DNA of 64,000 nt, taken from a virus (Duplodnaviria; Caudoviricetes). This document shows, piece after piece, positions 24,562 through 34,154 of this stretch; the stretch's first letter is position 1, and the number at the start of each line of letters is the position of its first letter. The notes under the pieces were generated by a model. That model was not told the origin of the DNA, ran no database searches, and saw only the letters and a list, made by a program, of their open reading frames with translations. The stretch spans positions 1-64,000 of the IMG/VR virus record IMGVR_UViG_3300005282_000001; one strand, written 5' to 3'. Made by a program: the position numbers and the translations under genes.

Positions 24562-25226
24562 TGGAAGAACAGGATATAACTGGTCAGAGATTTGGTAGAT
24601 GGCTGGTAATCAAAAATGATATTTCTAAAAGACTGTATTGGATTTGTAGGTGTGATTGTGGAACTGTAAAGTCAGTATATGGAGGAAATCTAAGATTAGG
24701 TAAGACAAATTCATGTGGGTGTTTATTCAAAGAAATTAACAGTATGGTCCATAAAACTCATGGGAAACGGCACGATCCTATATATAGCGTATGGGCTGGT
24801 ATTCTTAGAAGATGTAGAAATAAAAACGATAGTCATTATAGTTTCTATGGAGGAAGAGGAATAAAAGTATGCGATAGATGGAATGACTTTATCAACTTCT
24901 ATGAAGATATGAATAATGGATACAAGAAAGGTTTGCAAATAGATAGGATAAATACAAATGGCGATTATACACCATGTAATTGCAGATGGGTAACCCCTAA
25001 GCAAAACTCGCAAAATAGGAATAGTAATGTTTTTATTACAATGAATGGTAAAAGAATGGTCCAAATAGAATGGGCTCGACATTTAAAAGAACACCAGTCA
25101 ACAATTAGTTTATTCTGTAAAAAACACAGAGAAGATAGTGACATTTTAATAGAAGGGGGCTCATTTGATAATACAGACACACATAAAGAGCTAATAAAAG
25201 AAATAGCGAGGGTTACAAATGGTTGA
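24561..25226 (+). mobile_element. Free-standing HNH-like homing endonuclease gene
   Basis: WICRCDCG..SCGC, YGGRGIKVCDRW, QIDRINTNGDYTPCNCRW. Confidence 0.85.
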
Positions 25227-26058
25227 CATTATTTGTGACGCTGACACCGTGATCTACAGAGCAGCGTCCTCATGTGAACACAAGGTAGAATGGGGAGGTT
25301 TCTACACAATCTACAGTGACCACAAGGAATGTCAGCAGAGATTCATAGCAATCTTTGAGGAAATCATAAGCAACCTTAGGAAACACAAGAAACTCACGAC
25401 CTACAGCGTTATCATGTGTGTGTCTGATAAGAAAAACTTTAGAAAACTATTGCTCCCCACGTACAAGGCTAACAGAAATCCCAAGGACGAACAACTGGAA
25501 GCAATAGAGACCGACAGTATTTCTTATGTATCCTACAATAATCCACTAGCAAAGCTAAGAAAACCATCGGGGTACACAAGACTACTCCAATGGGTACGCG
25601 AGAATTATCATGTGGTCTGCTATCCGTATCTTGAGGCTGATGACACCTGTTCGCTCCTCAGTAGCCCCACAAGTATTCTTGTGAGCATTGATAAGGACTT
25701 CTGTACGATACCGAACACATGGTTCTATGACTACCACAAGGACACCTTGAGTTTTAACAATGAGAAATCAGCGGATTACTTTTGGTTAACCCAGTGTCTC
25801 AAGGGTGATCCTGTCGATGGGTATTACGGAATCGCGAGGTGTGGACAAAAGACTGCTGAAAAACTCTTGGATACCAACGGTGCTACATGGGAAACTGTAC
25901 TGGCTGCATATGAGTCCAAAGGTTACACTAAAGAAAACGCTCTTGTGCAATCTCAAGTAGCTCGTATACTTCGCAAGGGTGAATATAAGGATGGCAAAGT
26001 TTTTCTGTGGAATTCAAAAGAAACTATTGACAGCAATGGAGTACGTGAGGTATACTAA
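25219..26058 (+). CDS. 5'-3' exonuclease (T7 gp6-like)
   Basis: DAD.VIY, YKANR, LEADD, SIDKD, GDPVDGYYGI..CG.KTA. Confidence 0.88.
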   Translation: MVDIICDADTVIYRAASSCEHKVEWGGFYTIYSDHKECQQRFIAIFEEIISNLRKHKKLTTYSVIMCVSDKKNFRKLLLPTYKANRNPKDEQLEAIETDSISYVSYNNPLAKLRKPSGYTRLLQWVRENYHVVCYPYLEADDTCSLLSSPTSILVSIDKDFCTIPNTWFYDYHKDTLSFNNEKSADYFWLTQCLKGDPVDGYYGIARCGQKTAEKLLDTNGATWETVLAAYESKGYTKENALVQSQVARILRKGEYKDGKVFLWNSKETIDSNGVREVY

Positions 26059-26098
26059 AGGAGTCGAAAAGATAACAAGTAAAACTGGAGGAATTCAA

Positions 26099-26317
26099 AT
26101 GATTAACAAAACAAAACTTATGAATCTTAAGAATCGCTTGGAAGGACACAACGCAGCATGTGAATCCGTAGGAACGCCTTATGTAACCGCAAAGGGTTCA
26201 TTAGCACTCGCTAAGAAAGCTAGAGAAGACTGGGCGGTTGCTACAGAACAATCATGGACGAAAACACGGTTGCACAAGGGGCAACGGGCGAACGAAGAGA
26301 GTAGGGAGCGTAAGTGA
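26099..26317 (+). CDS. Hypothetical protein
   Basis: GGAGG SD at the corrected start; 3' end encodes element copy 8. Confidence 0.6.
   Translation: MINKTKLMNLKNRLEGHNAACESVGTPYVTAKGSLALAKKAREDWAVATEQSWTKTRLHKGQRANEESRERK
26267..26308 (+). repeat. Double-hairpin/RBS element, copy 8
   Basis: CG-GTTGCAC-AAG-GGGCAAC-GGG-CGAACGAAGAGAG-TAGGGAG. Confidence 0.8.
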
Positions 26318-26820
26318 TTACCTTATGTATCTCTGGTAAGGCTACCAGCGGTAAATCTACAGCTGCTCAAGTAATCCTTGAGAATTTCACATCAAATTCC
26401 TTTGCGTTTGGCGATGATGTCAAGAGGATTGCCTATGAATACAGATGGGATGGCAAGAAAGACGCAAGAGGTCGCAGGTTACTACAGAGAGTCAGTGATA
26501 TCGGAAGGGAATACGATAGTAACTTATGGGTCGATATAGCCATCAAGAGTGCCAAAGACTTCGCACCATACCCAAGAGATGCCATATGTATCTTTAGTGA
26601 CTGTAGATATCCTAATGAGCTTGACAGAGTAAAACAAGAGATGTACAACGTAATTACCATGAGAATCGAAAGAGATGGCGTGGAGAAACTTGAGCACTCA
26701 AGTGAGACTGCATTGGATTCATACGGTTCATGGGATATTGTGATAGAAAACAATGGAACTCTTGAGGAGTTCAAAAGTAAAATTATGGAGGCGGTCAAAT
26801 GTTATCTAAAGAGTTGCTAG
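26314..26820 (+). CDS. Deoxynucleoside monophosphate kinase-like P-loop kinase
   Basis: SGKATSGKST, FAFGDDVK, RLLQ...GR, DCRYPNE, EHSSETAL. Confidence 0.75.
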   Translation: MITLCISGKATSGKSTAAQVILENFTSNSFAFGDDVKRIAYEYRWDGKKDARGRRLLQRVSDIGREYDSNLWVDIAIKSAKDFAPYPRDAICIFSDCRYPNELDRVKQEMYNVITMRIERDGVEKLEHSSETALDSYGSWDIVIENNGTLEEFKSKIMEAVKCYLKSC

Positions 26821-27254
26821 AGAGATTCAAAAGAGGTGAGGTGGTATTCCATACGCCTACACAGGAGATCTTTGATAGAGCTGTGGAGGCTGTACAGTCT
26901 ATTGGACTACCTACTGTTCCCAAATGGATATACGGTAGGAGTGGTGAGCAAACTGGCATAGATTTCACAACAGGTGAATGCATTGGATATGCATTTGTAG
27001 ATTATTATAGGGACAATTTTACAGAACTTGAGATTATCACATTGAAGCTTAGCGACTTCAATAGTGAAACAAAAGAAGTTACACAAGTTATTCCATTGGA
27101 TATCCAGGAGAAACTTATGAGAATTACGTATTCTATTGCTTACTGCACAAAACTTGAGAGAACTTACGGAATTGATTTGGACTTCGGAGGACTGTATGAT
27201 AAACGCAATGATATTCTAAAGGAACTAGAGGACTCACTTGAAATACACATTTGA
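26799..27254 (+). CDS. Hypothetical protein
   Basis: EVVFHTPTQEIFD block shared with ORF 20014 (EVYFPTPTKEIYD). Confidence 0.65.
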   Translation: MLSKELLERFKRGEVVFHTPTQEIFDRAVEAVQSIGLPTVPKWIYGRSGEQTGIDFTTGECIGYAFVDYYRDNFTELEIITLKLSDFNSETKEVTQVIPLDIQEKLMRITYSIAYCTKLERTYGIDLDFGGLYDKRNDILKELEDSLEIHI

Positions 27255-27699
27255 TATAACTCCAGTACCTCAAGGGCGCCCAAGGTTTGTCAAGAGAGGT
27301 AGCTTTGTACAGGCGTATGACCCTAAGACATCTAAGGAGTTCAAAGAGAAACTTAAGAAACTAGCGTTACAGCAGTCTCCTACGCTGTCTGAGAGAGCCT
27401 TAGAGGTATCTATTGTGTTCTACATGGGTATTCCTAAGAGTAAGCCTAAGAAGTGGCGTGAGGATGCTGCCGGAGGAGAAGAAAAATGTACAGTGCATAA
27501 AGACCTGGATAATCTAGGGAAATCAACAATGGATGCCCTAACGGGGATTTTATGGAAGGATGATAGTCAAATTATAATGCTTAAGATGCATAAGGTGTAC
27601 TCAGATAATCCTAGGATAGAAATGGTAGTTGAGGAGGTAAATGGCAAAATTATGGATAATGATAGATGGGACATAGGTAGCTTAGAGTGGAAACAGTAA
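27238..27699 (+). CDS. rusA: RusA-family Holliday junction resolvase
   Basis: PVPQGRPRF, DLDNLGKSTMDALTGILWKDDSQI, KVYS.NPRIE. Confidence 0.9.
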   Translation: MKYTFDITPVPQGRPRFVKRGSFVQAYDPKTSKEFKEKLKKLALQQSPTLSERALEVSIVFYMGIPKSKPKKWREDAAGGEEKCTVHKDLDNLGKSTMDALTGILWKDDSQIIMLKMHKVYSDNPRIEMVVEEVNGKIMDNDRWDIGSLEWKQ

Positions 27700-28403
27700 A
27701 TTCCCCTAGACTTTGTTCAGTATGTGGCGATAAATTCTCTTGCTCTTTTAAAGGTATCGATTACTGTAATAAGCATTACTTAAGAATGTATTTTAAAGGA
27801 ACAACAGAGTTAAACCAATATAAAACAAAGAATTCTTATGACATAGATGGTGACGTAGCGTACGGTAAAACAACTAAGGGAATACCATTTATAATTGACA
27901 TTGAAGATCTTGAACGATGTAAAGAGCACACATGGTGTAGGGACCCTAGGGGATATTTTGTAGCTAATATAAATAAAAAGGTAGTAACTATTCATAGGTA
28001 TATACTTAAAATAGATACATGCGGATTTTCTAATGTGCACGTAGACCATATCAACGGAGACCGTAGTGACAATAGAAGAGTTAATTTAAGAAAATGCTCT
28101 CCTGTTGAAAACTCAAGAAACATTAGGGTAAAGTCAAATAATACATCTGGTTATCCTGGTGTAAAAATTACACCAAACGGAAGGTTTGTAGCTAAAATAA
28201 TGGTTAATCGCAAGGAAGTACATGTAGGGACATATAACACTATAGAAGAAGCTATAGATGCTAGAGTATTAGCTGAAAAAGAGTATTTCGGTGAGTTTTC
28301 TCCAACGGTCAGTAGAAATAGAAAATATAACGCTAGTATCCATAAGGAATACTCAGATAACCCAAGAATTGAAATGGAGGTACATGAGGTTGACCTCTTA
28401 TGA
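27687..28403 (+). mobile_element. Free-standing HNH endonuclease with AP2-like DNA-binding domain
   Basis: HVDHINGDRSDNRRVNLR (HNH); NTSGYPGV...FVAKI.VNRK..HVGTY.T.EEA..AR (AP2). Confidence 0.9.
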
Positions 28404-28596
28404 TACCGAGAATATCCAATTAATTACTAGCGAGGGACATAAGTTATATACCCATGGAAACTCGCTAGAATCTTGGGTAGGACAGAAGTTGTACATGGGA
28501 GACAATTGGTATACTGAGGAAGTTATAGAGGCTCATTGGGTAAACGATAGAATACGAAAGGAGCGTGCATATGATAGAGCTAGAGAAACCATGTGA
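28384..28596 (+). CDS. Hypothetical protein
   Basis: GGAGG SD at corrected start ATG 28384. Confidence 0.6.
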   Translation: MRLTSYDTENIQLITSEGHKLYTHGNSLESWVGQKLYMGDNWYTEEVIEAHWVNDRIRKERAYDRARETM

Positions 28597-28861
28597 CTCC
28601 ATAGATATTCTCAAGGGGTATCTTATGAGAGCTGAAGGGAAACAATGGACACTATACAAGAGAATCTTGGTGACCCCAAAGGACCCTAAGGAACAGCAGT
28701 ATTACGAATGGAAGCCTATTGGGTTCTACAGTTTTCTCTCACAGTTGTTCACAAGGGTTACTGATGAAGAACTCAAGAACTGCAAGAGTATGGAAGAGAT
28801 ACTAGGGAGACTAAAGGAATTACAAAAGTATTTCGAAAAGAAGCTGGAGGTTGACTTATGA
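28571..28861 (+). CDS. Hypothetical protein
   Basis: AAGGAG SD; ORF track 28565-28861. Confidence 0.65.
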   Translation: MIELEKPCDSIDILKGYLMRAEGKQWTLYKRILVTPKDPKEQQYYEWKPIGFYSFLSQLFTRVTDEELKNCKSMEEILGRLKELQKYFEKKLEVDL

Positions 28862-28925
28862 AAGAACAATTGAAGAAACTATGGGATTGGCTATGGGGAA
28901 ACAAAAGTGAACCATGCGGTAACAT

Positions 28926-31900
28926 ATGAAATCGGGAGGGAACGTATTGGAATCTAATACAAACTTAGGTGGCAAATGGTATGACAAGGAAATTGGCAAG
29001 GGTATCTTTAGTAAGAAGTACATGCATGAGGATGACAAGGGAGTCGCGGATGTATTCAAAAGGGTTGCTAAGACATCCCAAGTAGAAGCAATGGAAGAGC
29101 ATATGGAGCGTGGGGATATCCTACCAGCAGGACGCTCGATATACGGTGCGGAATCCAAGGGGAAGTTTAAGGTAACTTTGTCAAACTGTTACATTCTTAG
29201 GAGTCCTACTGACACCATTGAGGATATATATGACACCAATAAGGAAATGGCTAGGGTATTCTCATATGGAGGAGGATGCGGAATCTCCATCAGTAACCTG
29301 CGACCTAAGGGGGCTAAGGTTAACAACAGTGCCAAGACATCATCAGGAGCCGTAAGTTTCCTTGAGTTATTCAACAGTACAGGTGATGTCATCGGGCAGA
29401 ATGGTAGACGTGCAGCAATCATGGTAATGCTTGATTGTTCTCATCCGGATCTCTATGAGTTCCTCAAGATTAAACAGACGAATCACAAGTTGGAATCCAT
29501 GAATATTTCCATTAAATTTACAGATGAGTTCATGGTTGCTGTTAGGGATAACACAGAGTATACCTTACGATTTGATGTAGAGTCCACAGGGGAACATATA
29601 GAACGAACTATTGATGCTCGTAAGTTCTTTGAGGAGTTCTGTGAGACGAACTGGGATTTTGGAGACCCTGGAGCTTGTTATATAACCCCTGTGAGAGACT
29701 ATAACTTGCTAAGTAGATATCCGGAGTACCAAATAGACTGTAGTAACCCATGCGTAACTGGTGATACTATTGTAATGACAAGAAATGGTTATGAACCAAT
29801 AGTAAAACTAATTGATAAACCTTGTGACATTTGGAATGGATATGAGTGGAGCACTGTTATCCCTAAGGTAACTGGTCGCAATCAAAAAATGCTGAAGGTA
29901 TCGCTGTCAAATGGGATGTCATTGGATTGCACAAGATATCATAAGTTTATTCTTAAGGATGACAGCAGGGTAAAAGCAGAAGAACTAACTGTTGGCGATA
30001 AGTTGTCCAAGTGGGATTACCCAGTAATCACCGGTGATAATAGTAGCTTGTATGAGGGTAAAGTAAATCCCTACATGAACGGATTTTATAGCGGCGACGG
30101 AACAAAAAATAGAAGCGAAATAGTGGTTTACGCTGACAAGAGAAAACTAATAGATAAACTTGAACCATTAAGAGTTCTACCGTATGATGGGTTTTCTAAA
30201 GTTATTCTATCGGAAGTGCCGATTGGAAAATCATTCGTACCTACTGTTTCTGAATCCATCTCTTTTAGATTGAAATGGCTAGCTGGGCTTATCGACTCAG
30301 ACGGATGTAAAAATGATGAGACTGGCAGCATAGCTATATCAAGTATAGATAGAGAATTTATTGGAAATGTTCAGCTAATGTTGTCTACAATGGGTTGCCA
30401 TTCATCTATAGCAAAAATGAGAGCTGCTGGAAAAAAACTTCTGCCTAAGAATGATGGATCTGGTGAATACGGAGAATACTATTGTCAAGATTGCTATAGG
30501 ATAGTTATAAGTTGCTTTTATGTTAAGAAATTATTAGACATTGGTTTAGAATTGTTTAGAGTAGAGGTTAATCCTCATCCAAACAGAGACGCTGGCAGAT
30601 TTGTTTATGTAACAAAAATAGAGAAGATTGAAGATGAATCAATTGTCTATTGTTTTGACGAACCAATCAATCACTCAGGTATATTTAATGGAATTATGAC
30701 AGCACAGTGCTCAGAATTTTTTGGAAATGCTGGCAACAGCTGTAACTTGACAAGTATCAACTTGTACAACATTGTATCACATCCGTTTACTAAGGAAGCT
30801 AAAGTAGACTATGGGAAACTTAAACAACTCGTAACAACTTCAGTTGTAGCTCTTAACAATATCTTAGATTACGGATATGAACTACAGCCACTTGAGATTA
30901 ACCGTGAGTGTATCAAGGATTGGCGTTCAATTGGCTTGGGAGTTATGGGTATCTCAGATATGTATGTGGCTCTTGGGTTGCGCTACGGTTCAGAAGAAGC
31001 TAATGGGTTGACAGAGGATGTATTCCATGTTATACTCAAGGAGTCGATAAGAGCTTCTGCAATGCTCGCGAGTAAACATGGGACATTCGGGAAGTACAAC
31101 TGGAAGAAAACTAAAGAGTCTCCAATGATGAAACTACTGGAAGGAACTGAAGAATACCGACTGGTACAGAAGTATGGCTTACGTAACGGTACATTGCTTT
31201 CCATTGCACCAACAGGCTCCATTGCAACAGCCATTGGAGTATCAACAGGCATCGAGCCATTCTTTAGAGTATCTTATGAACGTACAACACATTCCATGGA
31301 GGGTGAAGGGAAAACTTTTGTGGTCCACTCGAAATCTGTAGAAGACCTATTGAGATTCCATGGATTGCCACAAGATATGCCAGTGGAATCCATTAAGGAA
31401 CGCTTCCCGTTTGTTGTGGATACTGATGATATCGCACCATCGGACCGTGTGAGGACTCAATCGGTAATCCAACAGTACGTTGACAATGCCATCAGTTCTA
31501 CAGTGAACCTTAAGGAATCTGCGACACCTCAAGATATCTTTGAGATTTACATGGCAGCATGGAAGGGTAAACTCAAGGGTATTACAGTGTTTCGCGATGG
31601 ATGTGCCAGAGGTAATATCTTGGGAGTCAAGAAGGATAAACCGAAGTTACGCCGCAGAGATATCCATAAGATTAACGGTAGCACATTCAAGAAGAGTTCC
31701 TCATGTGCTCAATCGATGTACGTAACAGTCAACAGCATTGACCAAGGGACTCCATTTGAAATCTTCACAAACTCCTCTGGTGGTTGTGCAAGTAACATTG
31801 GTACCATAACGAGACTTACGTCACTTGCGTTACGCCATGGGGTATCAGCAGAGTCAGTCATAAGGGAACTCAAGGAAAACAAATGTCCTGCATGTCAACT

Positions 31901-32120
31901 CTTGAGACGCCAAGGTAATGCAGATGTATCCTTATCATGCGGCAGTGCAATCGCAGAAGCTCTTGAGGAAAGCTGCGGAAGTACGCAAGGGGTAACTAAG
32001 GGAATCACAAAAGAATTACAAGAGACTAAACTGGAGTGTCCAGAATGTCATGAGAAAACACTGGTATCCACTGGTAAATGTTTCTCATGTTCAAACTGCG
32101 GATATTCCAAATGTGACTGA
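28926..32120 (+). CDS. nrdJ: Class II (adenosylcobalamin-dependent) ribonucleotide reductase, intein-containing
   Basis: PAGR, SNCY, GGCG...LRP.G, RRAA.M, SNP/CSE, CNL.SINL, SIAPTGS, QQYVDNAISST.N, KGIT.FRDG, C-terminal TSCPD-like and Zn ribbon; no small-subunit gene nearby. Confidence 0.9.
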   Translation: MKSGGNVLESNTNLGGKWYDKEIGKGIFSKKYMHEDDKGVADVFKRVAKTSQVEAMEEHMERGDILPAGRSIYGAESKGKFKVTLSNCYILRSPTDTIEDIYDTNKEMARVFSYGGGCGISISNLRPKGAKVNNSAKTSSGAVSFLELFNSTGDVIGQNGRRAAIMVMLDCSHPDLYEFLKIKQTNHKLESMNISIKFTDEFMVAVRDNTEYTLRFDVESTGEHIERTIDARKFFEEFCETNWDFGDPGACYITPVRDYNLLSRYPEYQIDCSNPCVTGDTIVMTRNGYEPIVKLIDKPCDIWNGYEWSTVIPKVTGRNQKMLKVSLSNGMSLDCTRYHKFILKDDSRVKAEELTVGDKLSKWDYPVITGDNSSLYEGKVNPYMNGFYSGDGTKNRSEIVVYADKRKLIDKLEPLRVLPYDGFSKVILSEVPIGKSFVPTVSESISFRLKWLAGLIDSDGCKNDETGSIAISSIDREFIGNVQLMLSTMGCHSSIAKMRAAGKKLLPKNDGSGEYGEYYCQDCYRIVISCFYVKKLLDIGLELFRVEVNPHPNRDAGRFVYVTKIEKIEDESIVYCFDEPINHSGIFNGIMTAQCSEFFGNAGNSCNLTSINLYNIVSHPFTKEAKVDYGKLKQLVTTSVVALNNILDYGYELQPLEINRECIKDWRSIGLGVMGISDMYVALGLRYGSEEANGLTEDVFHVILKESIRASAMLASKHGTFGKYNWKKTKESPMMKLLEGTEEYRLVQKYGLRNGTLLSIAPTGSIATAIGVSTGIEPFFRVSYERTTHSMEGEGKTFVVHSKSVEDLLRFHGLPQDMPVESIKERFPFVVDTDDIAPSDRVRTQSVIQQYVDNAISSTVNLKESATPQDIFEIYMAAWKGKLKGITVFRDGCARGNILGVKKDKPKLRRRDIHKINGSTFKKSSSCAQSMYVTVNSIDQGTPFEIFTNSSGGCASNIGTITRLTSLALRHGVSAESVIRELKENKCPACQLLRRQGNADVSLSCGSAIAEALEESCGSTQGVTKGITKELQETKLECPECHEKTLVSTGKCFSCSNCGYSKCD
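29751..30707 (+). mobile_element. Intein (319 aa) with LAGLIDADG endonuclease in NrdJ
   Basis: Starts CVTGDT after SNP; block B CTRYHKF; NGFYSGDG and LAGLIDSDG; ends GIMTAQ before +1 Cys. Confidence 0.93.
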
Positions 32121-32137
32121 CGGGGGGGTGATAACAT

Positions 32138-32323
32138 ATGAAATCAATGACAACCTTACGATACCAAGTAGATATCTCAGCTACCTTTGAGACACCTGCT
32201 GATTACACACTTGATGGTGCAAGGGAAATTCTTGAGGATGCTTTTAGTGAGCTTCTCAAGGCTATCCCAGGATTCCAAGTGAGTGTCAAGACAATACGAG
32301 AGGAAACGGTGGTGTACAAATGA
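32138..32323 (+). CDS. Hypothetical protein
   Basis: ORF track; GGGGGTG SD. Confidence 0.6.
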   Translation: MKSMTTLRYQVDISATFETPADYTLDGAREILEDAFSELLKAIPGFQVSVKTIREETVVYK

Positions 32324-32655
32324 GTTGGTTTTGGAAAGCAAAAGAGGAACCATGCGGTAGCATAGCAAATGCATTAGGTAACTTTAAGAAACAACAGGAT
32401 ATCGATGGATTACAAAAGGAACTCGATAGTATCAAAGGAGAACAAAAGAGACTTCATGAAAAAGTTTATGGTGACCGTAAGTTTTTAATCCATGGAACGG
32501 TATGGAGTGGGTTAGGCGCCTATCATGCAACTGAAGAGTTTGCCAGATACGACGGTGAATACAATGGTATAACAATTGATAATCGGCAGTTGTCCAATGA
32601 AGATGCCATAAGGCTTGCTGAGTTTATCTTAGATAATCTTAAGGAGGACAAATGA
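32320..32655 (+). CDS. Hypothetical protein
   Basis: ORF track; ATGA overlaps. Confidence 0.65.
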   Translation: MSWFWKAKEEPCGSIANALGNFKKQQDIDGLQKELDSIKGEQKRLHEKVYGDRKFLIHGTVWSGLGAYHATEEFARYDGEYNGITIDNRQLSNEDAIRLAEFILDNLKEDK

Positions 32656-33269
32656 ACAACTATCAGTTACTACAGAACTTACATGAGAGAAACATAAGAG
32701 TTACCAACGCTTACTGCTACGATCTTGCGAATTCCCTTGTCAGCAGCGGCTACCCTATGTTAACCAAAGTAGTTCCACGGGATGCCAATGAATCCGATGT
32801 GAAACGTGCGGTTAAACTTGCGAATACACCAGTAGGCAGTGGACACAACAATTTCCTCTGTGGGATTCGCGTGAGCTTTGACTTGACGGTTCCACGGTAC
32901 ATCTGGCAGGAAGCACAACGGTACCATTGGTTTGACATTGTGAGTTCCCAAAGCACCATGCATAAGATAACTGAGATGGACTTGTGGGCTGATGATTTTA
33001 CTGATGATACTCCATCTGCTTCTGTAGATATCCTCAAGAAGAAACAAAAGGAATATGTTAAAGATAATACAGAAAGAAACTTTAGAAAGCTCAAGAGTTC
33101 AATCCCAGAGGGACTTCTGTTGACCGCAAGGATTTCCACGAACTATCAGCAGTTACGCACTATTTTTACCCAGAGAGTAGTTTGTAAGCATAGACTTAAA
33201 GAATGGGAATATTTTGGAGAATGGATAAGGGGGCTGCCTATGTCTAGGGAGTTAATCACTAATGAATGA
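32652..33269 (+). CDS. ThyX-like flavin-dependent thymidylate synthase
   Basis: FDLTVPRYIWQEAQRYH..IVSSQST, IPEG....ISTNY..LR.IF.QR...HRL.EW; degenerate RHRxxSxxxxSxR signature; nucleotide-metabolism context. Confidence 0.55.
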   Translation: MNNYQLLQNLHERNIRVTNAYCYDLANSLVSSGYPMLTKVVPRDANESDVKRAVKLANTPVGSGHNNFLCGIRVSFDLTVPRYIWQEAQRYHWFDIVSSQSTMHKITEMDLWADDFTDDTPSASVDILKKKQKEYVKDNTERNFRKLKSSIPEGLLLTARISTNYQQLRTIFTQRVVCKHRLKEWEYFGEWIRGLPMSRELITNE

Positions 33270-33372
33270 TCCAAGCGGCATTGTAGGTAATAAGTATAGG
33301 AAATGGAGTATTGAAGATGCTATCAATATCCCTATTGGCAAAGTACGTCACTACCATATGGAAAGGAATTGA
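33262..33372 (+). CDS. Short ORF (36 aa), possible endonuclease remnant
   Basis: KWSIEDAINIP resembles the GWSIExALxxP tail typical of the HNH-like family seen at 6682. Confidence 0.3.
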   Translation: MNDPSGIVGNKYRKWSIEDAINIPIGKVRHYHMERN

Positions 33373-33378
33373 TAACTG

Positions 33379-33555
33379 GTGAAACCGTATGTAGCAAAAG
33401 TCACATTTGACGTAAGTTTCCATAGCAATTCAGATGATCCACTAGCGGACTTTATGGAACACAATAGTGAACTAGCGGAAATGGTATATGAACACTTCGG
33501 TAACATAGAAATTCAAGAGGATGACATGGAGGTAGACGAATGTACCCACAAGTGA
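33379..33555 (+). CDS. Small acidic hypothetical protein (58 aa)
   Basis: AAGGA SD, GTG start; hand-translated. Confidence 0.55.
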   Translation: MKPYVAKVTFDVSFHSNSDDPLADFMEHNSELAEMVYEHFGNIEIQEDDMEVDECTHK

Positions 33556-33606
33556 ATTACTTATGAAGATTCACGTGAGAATCAATCAAATTTAGGAGGA
33601 ATATAG

Positions 33607-33879
33607 ATGAAGTTTGAAAAAAATACATTAGTCTCATTGCTAGACAGCGGCAAAGCAGCAGTTTTAGAAGAGAAACTTATAGATTCCGACAGATGGTCTC
33701 TATACTATTCTTTAGTTTTCGCATATGACGGCAAGACATATCAAACAAAATATTCTAAAGGAGCAACCGAATACCAGATGGAAGAACTGTGGGAATACGA
33801 GGACGAGGTAGAATGTACACTAGTAGAACAAAAGGAAGTGTTGGTAAAACAATGGGTTCCTGTGGAGGTAGACGAATGA
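33607..33879 (+). CDS. Hypothetical protein
   Basis: AGGAGG SD. Confidence 0.75.
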   Translation: MKFEKNTLVSLLDSGKAAVLEEKLIDSDRWSLYYSLVFAYDGKTYQTKYSKGATEYQMEELWEYEDEVECTLVEQKEVLVKQWVPVEVDE

Positions 33880-34154
33880 AAACAACAGTAGACGCATTTG
33901 GTACAGAGGTAGTCATAGATGATATTGTGGTATTTAAGGGACAGCATAAGTATCTTGAGAAAGGCTTAGTTATCAAGTGTACTCCTCATGGTGCTACAGT
34001 GATTTGCGGCATCCATAAGGCAAATGTGAGAAGCGAAAGAATCTACAAGGTATTCAGCGACCAGCAACGGTTAAACCTAGAGGCATCTCTTGAGTACTCT
34101 AAAGAATATATAGATGTACTTCGGGTAGATGACGGACAGCAGGTGATCCAATGA
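33876..34154 (+). CDS. Hypothetical protein (KOW-like)
   Basis: GGAGG SD at the corrected start; DAFG.EV.IDD.V.F pattern. Confidence 0.7.
   Translation: MKTTVDAFGTEVVIDDIVVFKGQHKYLEKGLVIKCTPHGATVICGIHKANVRSERIYKVFSDQQRLNLEASLEYSKEYIDVLRVDDGQQVIQ

Noticed and set aside
26314-26820. Kinase as the polynucleotide kinase partner of the RNA ligase
   Set aside because: Motifs fit dNMP-kinase-like proteins; there is no DxDxT phosphatase domain.
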